A stretch of 64,000 bases of DNA from an uncultured delta proteobacterium (GTDB lineage: Bacteria > Desulfobacterota > RBG-13-43-22). Position 1 is the stretch's first letter. Every line of letters begins with the position of its first letter. A program made the translations under genes and the position numbers. This document shows, one piece after another, positions 42,717 to 49,190 of the stretch. The stretch is taken from positions 96,001 through 160,000 of the forward strand of contig CAWDKY010000027.1 of NCBI GenBank assembly GCA_963802945.1, written 5' to 3'. The notes under the pieces are model-generated. The model did no database searches. It had not been told where the DNA came from and was given only the letters and a program-made list of their open reading frames with translations.

Positions 42717-43250
42717 TCACTCGTTCGCTTTGGTTGACCCCGTCTCCCTGATCCAAGGCTTTAGCCTTGGAATCCACATCGGTACATTCCGTCTATAAAC
42801 GAGGTATTCTTCACCAAAACGTCTTACCAATCCTGGCTCTTCTGATAACCGAAAATAGAAGGTATTCCCTATACCAAAGATCAGGGCCCACATGAATAAT
42901 AACCATGATCCAAAAAAAATAGTTTCCCCGATGAGCATAAAAAGAACCCCAGAAATCATAGGATTGCGGACATAGCGGTAGACACCGTCGGTAACGAGCT
43001 TTTGAGTTGGATTCCATGGAGCGAGCGTTCCTCTACCCTTTTTCATGAATAATCGAATCGTGATGACAAGAAGCAAAAGTCCGACGCAAAAGGCAAGGGT
43101 ACCCAGGGGAGCTTGAATAAAGGGAACAGGAAGATAGAGTCTTACCCCGAAAGGATGGAAACGGACGACCTGTAGAAATGGAACGATCACTACAACTGTG
43201 ATCGGCAGAATCAGAGAACAAAGTTGTCGAAGAAGGTTTGTGCCAGCCAT
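42717..43250 (-). CDS. Cassette: ICMT/PEMT family membrane methyltransferase
   Basis: GRGTLAPW, LVTDGVYRYVRNPM, EEPGL..RFGEEY. Confidence 0.88.
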   Translation of the reverse strand: MAGTNLLRQLCSLILPITVVVIVPFLQVVRFHPFGVRLYLPVPFIQAPLGTLAFCVGLLLLVITIRLFMKKGRGTLAPWNPTQKLVTDGVYRYVRNPMISGVLFMLIGETIFFGSWLLFMWALIFGIGNTFYFRLSEEPGLVRRFGEEYLVYRRNVPMWIPRLKPWIRETGSTKANE

Positions 43251-43308
43251 AGTAGATCTTCATAGCATAAGAGATTTGTTGCGCCAGGGTTCAACCTCCA
43301 CCTTCGAC

Positions 43309-43386
43309 ATATAACAACCAAACTCAACTGCGGCCCTGGCGAGGCAAAGCGGCGACTGGGCCGTCGGTTGGAGCGCCTTGTTCGGT
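43309..43386 (-). repeat. attC site
   Basis: ACCGAAC AAGGC GCTCCAACCGAC...GTTGAGTTTGGTT GTTATAT. Confidence 0.85.
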
Positions 43387-43533
43387 GCTTATCCCCTGAG
43401 ATAGATATTCAACCTTACCGTTTGTCCAAATTGGTATTTTTAAATTATTCTTCCTTGCATTTTCAGCAACCTTGACGGCGGCACGTTGCAAAGCCTTAAA
43501 TCCTAAGACTGTGTATGGATTATGTACTTTCAT
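43324..43533 (-). CDS. Small protein, probable partner/antitoxin of zeta-like ATPase
   Basis: ALQRAAVKV...IPIWTNGKV; ATGA-coupled to the upstream P-loop remnant. Confidence 0.55.
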   Translation of the reverse strand: MKVHNPYTVLGFKALQRAAVKVAENARKNNLKIPIWTNGKVEYLSQGISTEQGAPTDGPVAALPRQGRS

Positions 43534-43623
43534 TTTCCTGTCTCCGATTCATCAAGAACCACTTGCAAATGTCGTTTTGCCCGAACCATTAGGCCCTGCT
43601 ATTATGTAACATTTTTTTTCCAA
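43530..43623 (-). pseudogene. Internally deleted zeta-toxin/AAA-like P-loop gene
   Basis: RBS GAGG, TTG start, MEKKCYIIAGPNGSGKTTFA, then an out-of-frame short tail VVLDESETGK*. Confidence 0.75.
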
Positions 43624-43643
43624 AGTTAAAATACCTCTCTATC

Positions 43644-43709
43644 ACCAAACGGTGGAACTCACGGCGAGGCGGGAGCATCCCGCCGATCCCGTACAGTGAA
43701 ATGTTAGGC
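43644..43709 (-). repeat. attC site, same family as the composite-repeat attC but without the tail
   Basis: GCCTAAC...GTTTGGT, 66 bp, core GAGGCGGGAG.ATCCCGCCGATCCCGT shared. Confidence 0.88.
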
Positions 43710-43913
43710 AAGTTTTTTTTGTCGTCTGATGATTTCCGCCAATGATCTTAAGGCTTGATTCACTGAGTCATGGTCAGGGAAAACTTTCGCAACGTCCGGC
43801 TCAATGACCACGGTATTTGTTCCCTCTTCGTACATCTTTGAGTATTTTCCCCGAATACCCTTGCTGAAATCGTATTCCTCAAGCATGTCCGGATCTTTTT
43901 GCATTCTCTTCAT
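43704..43913 (-). CDS. BrnA-like antitoxin, orphan
   Basis: EYDFSKGIRGKY...PDVAKVF..SVNQALR. Confidence 0.7.
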   Translation of the reverse strand: MKRMQKDPDMLEEYDFSKGIRGKYSKMYEEGTNTVVIEPDVAKVFPDHDSVNQALRSLAEIIRRQKKLA

Positions 43914-43929
43914 ATTGTTTCCTTATCGT

Positions 43930-44075
43930 GCATAACGACGGAATTCACGGGGAGGCGGGAGAATCCCGCCGATCCCGTGCAGTACAATGTTAGGCAGTAT
44001 ATAAATAATTAGGCTAAGTTAACTTCCATTGGTCTCAACCAAAATTCAGATGTCAAGGGCTGACCCTGATTTCTC
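43930..44075 (-). repeat. Composite attC + hairpin repeat, copy 2 (attC 43930-43995)
   Basis: GCCTAAC...GTTATGC plus tail ending TCAAGGGCTGACCCTGATTTCTC. Confidence 0.9.
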
Positions 44076-44099
44076 CGCTTATCCAGCGTGATGTTATAT
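44076..44099 (-). repeat. Truncated native attC of the hicBA cassette
   Basis: R'' ATATAAC 3 bp after the hicA stop, complementary to the cassette R' GTTATAT; only 17 further bases before the repeat. Confidence 0.7.
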
Positions 44100-44102
44100 T
44101 TT

Positions 44103-44330
44103 CTACATTAATTCAAGGAAAAGATCGACATCCATCCGAGCTTGCTTTAGAATATGGGAAAGTGTCGAACGTTTGATTGGTCTGTGGGCCGGAATTGTCA
44201 GTTTTAGCACTTCATCGTGGATATGCTTTTGCATTCTGATGTGGCTGCCCTTTTGCCGGACTATCACCCATCCGTCCCGCCGAAGTGCTCGAATTACTTT
44301 GTCATATGCAACGCTTGGGATTTTCGTCAT
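44103..44330 (-). CDS. hicA: HicA family toxin
   Basis: RQKGSH, TIPAH, TLSHILKQA. Confidence 0.9.
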   Translation of the reverse strand: MTKIPSVAYDKVIRALRRDGWVIVRQKGSHIRMQKHIHDEVLKLTIPAHRPIKRSTLSHILKQARMDVDLFLELM

Positions 44331-44530
44331 ACTGCGACTTCTAAGATCTCTGTACCCGGGACTATGTTCATGTCGTCAACGACAGGCTCAATGTATAGCT
44401 CAATTGCTTCCTTGATGTTTTCCAAGGCTTCCTCTTTTGTATCTCCCTCGCTAATACAACCAGGAAGGCTTGGAACATAGGCAGTAAACCCACCTTCTTC
44501 GCTTGGCTCAAAGATAATTTTAAGTTTCAT
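44327..44530 (-). CDS. hicB: HicB family antitoxin
   Basis: GGFTAYVPSLPGCISEGDTKEEALENIKEAI. Confidence 0.9.
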   Translation of the reverse strand: MKLKIIFEPSEEGGFTAYVPSLPGCISEGDTKEEALENIKEAIELYIEPVVDDMNIVPGTEILEVAV

Positions 44531-44549
44531 TTTTCAATCCTCCATTAAA

Positions 44550-44695
44550 ATATAACGATAGAACTTACGGGGAGGCGGGAGAATCCCGCCGATCCCGTGC
44601 AGTGAAATGTCAGGCCGCATATGGGTACTTAGGCTAATTTAACTTCCCTTGGTCTCAATCATAATTCAAATGTCAAGGGCTGACCCTGATTTCTC
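44550..44695 (-). repeat. Composite attC + hairpin repeat, copy 3 (attC 44550-44615)
   Basis: GCCTGAC...GTTATAT plus tail ending TCAAGGGCTGACCCTGATTTCTC. Confidence 0.9.
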
Positions 44696-44725
44696 TCGTG
44701 ACTGATCTGTTTTTCTGGCCCTCTG

Positions 44726-45250
44726 CTACTTGAGAGACTTTAGCCACTTCTTCCGTTCTTTCTCGTCGGGCACTGCGAACTCTTCCAACTTCTGACGCAC
44801 TCTTCCCACTCTTACAGGGTCATACGACTCCAACACAAGCTTCGGCGTCAAGTGCTCCATCTCGAGCACGAGTTTGATGTTGGTCCGAAGATGCTCGACA
44901 GTATTACGTGTTTCATCTCTGGCCCGCTCTGCCTCGACCTTTGCGAGTTTGGCTTCTGCATTGGCCTTCAGTACGCCTTCTCTTGCCGCGGCAGCTTGCC
45001 TCAGAGCATCGCCTGCTGACTGAACAGCCCGGTCCGCTGAATTCCTTTGCCTGGTGGCTTCGTGGAATTGCAGCCAGGATAAGGTAACGAGAGCTATTGA
45101 CAGGATCATGGAGACGACGCTAATGAAACCGGCAACAGACTCCAACTTTGATGAAAAGTAACCTTGAGTTCTCTTACAGTGAAAGCAGACTCTTGCGCCT
45201 TCCGGAATGGACATCCGACAGTGTCGGCAGGGCTTGGTTTTATCGGTCAT
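44726..45250 (-). CDS. Cassette: zinc ribbon, TM and coiled-coil hypothetical protein
   Basis: CRHC...CFHC, one TM helix, Ala-rich coil. Confidence 0.7.
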   Translation of the reverse strand: MTDKTKPCRHCRMSIPEGARVCFHCKRTQGYFSSKLESVAGFISVVSMILSIALVTLSWLQFHEATRQRNSADRAVQSAGDALRQAAAAREGVLKANAEAKLAKVEAERARDETRNTVEHLRTNIKLVLEMEHLTPKLVLESYDPVRVGRVRQKLEEFAVPDEKERKKWLKSLK

Positions 45251-45278
45251 GCTTCAATCCTTCAGAAACTGTTTCTTT

Positions 45279-45370
45279 AGCGAACGCAATGTATCGGCCG
45301 CACGGGACAACCAGCATGAATGAAAAACAAAGCGGGCTAATATCGTGTCGGCTGGATGTTTTTGTTAGAT
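45279..45370 (-). repeat. attC site
   Basis: ATCTAAC AAAAA CATCCAGCCGAC...CGGCCGATACATTGC GTTCGCT. Confidence 0.85.
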
Positions 45371-46101
45371 TGCAGGAATGGCTTTAGATTGAGTTTAATA
45401 TTTTCTGCTAATGCATCTATATAGTCATTGCTCATTCTGCCCGGATGGTACGCTTCATAAAAAATCTGTGCCCTGTATTTGTATTTAATTATTCCAGTAT
45501 CAGAAATTTCTTGTCCCCCAGAAAATTTATTTGCCAAAAGCCCATATGTTTTTGTAAAAAATACGTTGATCGGGGCCTTTACGACATCGATTTTTTTGAA
45601 TATATAGTCCATCTTTGTACATTTTTCCCGCAAATTCCATTGATGTTTGGGGTCGTAACATTTGCACGCATTGCTTAACGCCACATAATCCAATAGTTCA
45701 AACCACCAAAGGTCATCTTTCTGGATAGATAGCCGCATGATTTTATATATCCTATTCCAAAAACCCGGCATATATGCCGTTTGGAAAAAACAAAACCAGA
45801 GGGGTTGCGCTATTGTTTTATCTACGCTGAAACGATGCTCATAAGCCCATTCGTAACTTTCTAAACCTACAAAAAAAATCAAAGGGGTTTTACCCACCCA
45901 ATATATCCCCTGCGGCCCATCTATTTCATCGCCAAATTCGGCCATACAGTCTGCCACACACCCAGGCATATTATTTTTGTAAAATGCCCAAATAGCTTCA
46001 TACTTAGTCTGAACAGCCGATACACGTTCCAAAAAATTGCCGCTCATGTCATTTTCAATCTTTTTTAACTTTTCTAAATACTTCGCGATTTCTTCATCCA
46101 T
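45337..46101 (-). CDS. Cassette: hypothetical protein, weakly uracil-DNA-glycosylase-like
   Basis: AT-rich 254 aa ORF; FFVGLE and YHPG motifs. Confidence 0.5.
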   Translation of the reverse strand: MDEEIAKYLEKLKKIENDMSGNFLERVSAVQTKYEAIWAFYKNNMPGCVADCMAEFGDEIDGPQGIYWVGKTPLIFFVGLESYEWAYEHRFSVDKTIAQPLWFCFFQTAYMPGFWNRIYKIMRLSIQKDDLWWFELLDYVALSNACKCYDPKHQWNLREKCTKMDYIFKKIDVVKAPINVFFTKTYGLLANKFSGGQEISDTGIIKYKYRAQIFYEAYHPGRMSNDYIDALAENIKLNLKPFLQSNKNIQPTRY

Positions 46102-46113
46102 AATATTATCTCA

Positions 46114-46212
46114 ATCTAACGCAAATTTCACCGGCCGGCGCCGCCAAAGCCAACCGAGCGAAGGCGAGAAGACATACTTCTTACGCCGGTCCGGTGCAAA
46201 TTGTTGTTCGCG
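46114..46212 (-). repeat. attC site
   Basis: CGCGAAC AACAA TTTGCACCGGACCGGCG...CGCCGGCCGGTGAAATTTGC GTTAGAT. Confidence 0.88.
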
Positions 46213-46738
46213 GAAACTCGCTGTCTGACGGCTGAGTGCGAAAATATTTTTCAAACGCCAAATACCACTCAAGGTCGGAACCTCGGAGATCTCCTTTCCT
46301 CTGGCCCGCGAGGATCATGAACAGCGAGACAAACCCGTCCCAGTATCGCGGCTCCCCATACTTGCCCCTTACGGGTTTGGCAGGATTGCTCCGGAGATAT
46401 TCCTTTGGGCTCCGATTGCTTTTGGTCATGTTGCACTTATTGCAGGAGGTCACGAAATTTCTCTCGTCGTGCGCGCCACCCGACGAGTGCGGCTCGACGT
46501 GATCTATCACGGCTGCGAGGTGATCCAGCATCGGTGCTGCGTCACGGCGATAACGGAAATCGTAGTACGCCAGCTGACGCGGGTATTTTTGTTCTCGCGC
46601 AAATCCTTCGAGATATTTCAGTGCGGGAGCGAATACCGTTGGCCGTTGGCACCAGTGGCAGAGCCAGCCGTCTCTAAATAGCACACGGACCTGAACGGCA
46701 ATTGGGATCTTTGCTCTGCCTCGACCACGCTTGTCCAT
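46181..46738 (-). CDS. Cassette: HNH endonuclease
   Basis: RDGWLCHWC, DHVEP..GG, NFVTSCNKCN..K. Confidence 0.88.
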   Translation of the reverse strand: MDKRGRGRAKIPIAVQVRVLFRDGWLCHWCQRPTVFAPALKYLEGFAREQKYPRQLAYYDFRYRRDAAPMLDHLAAVIDHVEPHSSGGAHDERNFVTSCNKCNMTKSNRSPKEYLRSNPAKPVRGKYGEPRYWDGFVSLFMILAGQRKGDLRGSDLEWYLAFEKYFRTQPSDSEFPRTTICTGPA

Positions 46739-46755
46739 GTTTCAGTTCCTCTTAC

Positions 46756-46782
46756 CGCGAACAATTAATATACGAAGTTCAT
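46756..46782 (-). other. Array-proximal recombination junction (attI-like)
   Basis: ATGAACTTCGTATA TTAATT GTTCGCG; GTTCGCG complements the first cassette's R'' CGCGAAC; no attC stem upstream. Confidence 0.55.
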
Positions 46783-47084
46783 TTTTTACAATTTTTCTCG
46801 ATATTATAACACCCCATCATATTTAAAAAAAGGTAAAATTTACATAATAATCAATAGATACATATTGATTTGATGAAGCGGAGGACTTCTGGACCAAATG
46901 GTTGTTCAATCCGACGGCAAATCCGGGGTAACCAAATGGAATAGGGGACAAAAACAAAAAAATATTGACTTTGTCCCCCCTCCCATGTTAGACAAATGCG
47001 GTCAATATTATAACCCGAGGATTATTAAAAAAATAAACGGGTTGGGAAGCCCGCCGTAACATTTTTGTGTCGGGTTGAGGCTTC

Positions 47085-47309
47085 GTGCAGGAAGATACCA
47101 GAAAATACATTAAGTTGCTGGCCTTAGTCAGTACCATGGGAATATCCATGGGCCTGGCTCTAGTAATTGCCATTGTCGTGGGTTATTATCTGGATAAATG
47201 GTTTAAAACCAGCCCGGTTTTCTTTCTAATATTTATGGTCTTGGGGATAGTAGCCGGATTTAGAAATATCTACGTGATTATGAAAAGGACTGAAAAAGAT
47301 TTTAAATGA
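47085..47309 (+). CDS. AtpZ/AtpI family protein
   Basis: GYYLDKWF, LGIVAGFRN; first gene of the F0 operon. Confidence 0.85.
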   Translation: MQEDTRKYIKLLALVSTMGISMGLALVIAIVVGYYLDKWFKTSPVFFLIFMVLGIVAGFRNIYVIMKRTEKDFK

Positions 47310-47734
47310 ACAGGGGGTTGTCTATTTGGAAAGAAGGATCGGTCGAAGATCCTTTTCTTAACAAAGTCCGGTTTATGAACGGGGTGATTTTTGCCCTGTT
47401 ACTGCTGGGCAGTATGATTCTGATGCCCCCCTTTTTTGCTCTTGGTGTCAGTATTGGTGGTTTGATCATTCTGGTCAATTTTCATCTCCTGTCCCGGATT
47501 TTAAGAAAAGCCTTTATCCCCGATCACCTGGCCAGCCCCAAGTCGGTTATTGTTAAATACTATCTACGGTTGTTGGGCACCGGCATCGTGTTGTATTTTT
47601 TAATTGCCAAAAGGCTGGTCGATCCCCTGGGCTTGGTGGTCGGATTGTCGGTGGTCGTCATCAGCCTGACCCTTCTGGGGTTTAATGAAATGCGAAAAAT
47701 CCTTTTTAAACCGTCATGCCCCCCAGGGGCGTGA
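47306..47734 (+). CDS. atpI: ATP synthase subunit I
   Basis: Four TM helices, KYYLR, LVVGLS; operon position. Confidence 0.8.
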   Translation: MNRGLSIWKEGSVEDPFLNKVRFMNGVIFALLLLGSMILMPPFFALGVSIGGLIILVNFHLLSRILRKAFIPDHLASPKSVIVKYYLRLLGTGIVLYFLIAKRLVDPLGLVVGLSVVVISLTLLGFNEMRKILFKPSCPPGA

Positions 47735-47788
47735 CACCACGCAGCTTGTAAATAGGCTTTTAGGAGTTTGGGCGTTATTTCGCACTAA
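47707..47788. repeat. Dispersed miniature repeat, same family as 26285-26480
   Basis: TAAACCGTCATGCCCCCCAGGGGCGTGACACCACG...TTATTTCGCACTAA. Confidence 0.65.
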
Positions 47789-47816
47789 AGTTATTATTAA
47801 GGAGGCCAATTAATTC

Positions 47817-48509
47817 ATGGAGCACCCCATTTTTTTTCTTACTAAACTATTAGAATCCATAGGGTTGGGGCATTTCGCTCATGCCTATCCCCATGTGACC
47901 TATACCTGGCTGATCATGCTGCTGTTAATCGTTTTTTCCCTCCTGGCCGTAAAATCGATGAAGATGATCCCGTCCGGCGGACAGAATTTTTTTGAAATGG
48001 TTATCTCAGGCATTGAAAACTTTCAGGTGGAAACCATGGGAGAGAAAGGGCGAGTGTTTTTCCCTGTACTCGCCACGTTGGGCTTATTTATTTTCCTCTC
48101 CAATATGTTGGGCTTGATCCCGGGTTTCTATTCACCTACAGCCAGTATCAACACCACCCTGGCCTGTGCCTTGATTGTTTTCGTGATTACCCATATCATC
48201 GGGATAAAGGTTCACGGCTTTAAGTATATCAAACAATTCCTCGGACCTATCTGGTGGCTGGCCCCGCTGATGTTTCCTATTGAAATCATCAGCCATCTTT
48301 CCCGTGTGCTTTCCCTGACCCTGCGGTTGTTTGGAAATATCTTTGGAGAGGACCTGGTTTTGGCCATCCTCCTTTTGCTGGCCGGTAAATTTTTGGCCCC
48401 GGCGGTGGTGATGATGTTTCTGGCCTTGTTCACCAGTTTCATCCAGGCTTTTGTCTTTGTCTTGTTGTCCATGATTTATTTTTCTACGGCCCTGGAGGAA
48501 GCACACTAA
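47817..48509 (+). CDS. atpB: F0F1 ATP synthase subunit a
   Basis: [17 protein letters not shown]. Confidence 0.95.
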   Translation: MEHPIFFLTKLLESIGLGHFAHAYPHVTYTWLIMLLLIVFSLLAVKSMKMIPSGGQNFFEMVISGIENFQVETMGEKGRVFFPVLATLGLFIFLSNMLGLIPGFYSPTASINTTLACALIVFVITHIIGIKVHGFKYIKQFLGPIWWLAPLMFPIEIISHLSRVLSLTLRLFGNIFGEDLVLAILLLLAGKFLAPAVVMMFLALFTSFIQAFVFVLLSMIYFSTALEEAH

Positions 48510-48700
48510 ACAATTTCGGATTGTGGATTTCGGATTTCGGAATAATGAGGAAATAAACTAAAGAATTGCGGATTTTAGAATTCGGATTGTGGAATAAAGA
48601 AGCAATCAGATTGATCCAGTATCGAGAATCCAGAATCCAGTATCGGATTTTTAAGTTTTAGGAAGAAGGCGAATCTTTATATAGAAAGGAGAATGATTCA

Positions 48701-49069
48701 ATGGTAAAAAAAGTAGCTCTATTGACAATGACCGCCCTGCTCAGTATGGTGGCCATGGCCTTTGCCGAAAGCAATCCTCAGGTGGCGGCTGCCGGGCTTA
48801 ACGTCTATTTTGGCGTGGTCCTGGCCGCAGGTCTGGGAATTGGGATTGCTGCCCTGGGAACAGGTATCGGTCAGGGCTTGGGCTTGAAGGGCGCGGTTGA
48901 AGGCGTTGCCAGGAATCCTGAGGCTTCAGGTAAGATCACGGTGACCATGATTATCGGTTTAGCCATGATCGAGTCCCTTTGTATTTATGCACTGGTTGTC
49001 TCTCTGATCCTGTTGTATGCCTATCCTATGGCCACACCGATTGCCAAGATGGTCGGTCTGCCCATGTAA
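48701..49069 (+). CDS. atpE: F0F1 ATP synthase subunit c with N-terminal extension
   Basis: GIGQG, ARNPE, IESLCIY. Confidence 0.95.
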   Translation: MVKKVALLTMTALLSMVAMAFAESNPQVAAAGLNVYFGVVLAAGLGIGIAALGTGIGQGLGLKGAVEGVARNPEASGKITVTMIIGLAMIESLCIYALVVSLILLYAYPMATPIAKMVGLPM

Positions 49070-49095
49070 TTCATTATACCAACATTTATACCAAA

Positions 49096-49145
49096 GGATA
49101 AAAAAAGGGCTGTTGGCGAGAAACCAACAGCCCTTTTTTTTATCC
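49096..49145. terminator. Bidirectional intrinsic terminator
   Basis: A-tract GGGCTGTTGG loop CCAACAGCCC T-tract between convergent atpE and uvrA. Confidence 0.9.
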
Positions 49146-49190
49146 TGTATCGGGTTTCATAAATTGTTAAACACGGTATCCTTAAATTTT

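Larger units (their letters stand above)
39635..46762 (-). mobile_element. Integron cassette array lacking an adjacent integrase (CALIN)
   Basis: About 10 attC-like sites (RYYYAAC-like...GTTRRRY-like) between short same-strand ORFs; R' and R'' match for several cassettes; no tyrosine recombinase gene in the window. Confidence 0.9.

Noticed and set aside
41942-44695. CRISPR array or simple tandem repeat
   Set aside because: Units are ~146 bp, separated by whole genes, and have attC architecture; no cas genes in the window
48701-49069. Na+-translocating c subunit
   Set aside because: Has Q, ES and Y but Leu in place of the Thr of the full Na+ motif; ion specificity cannot be called
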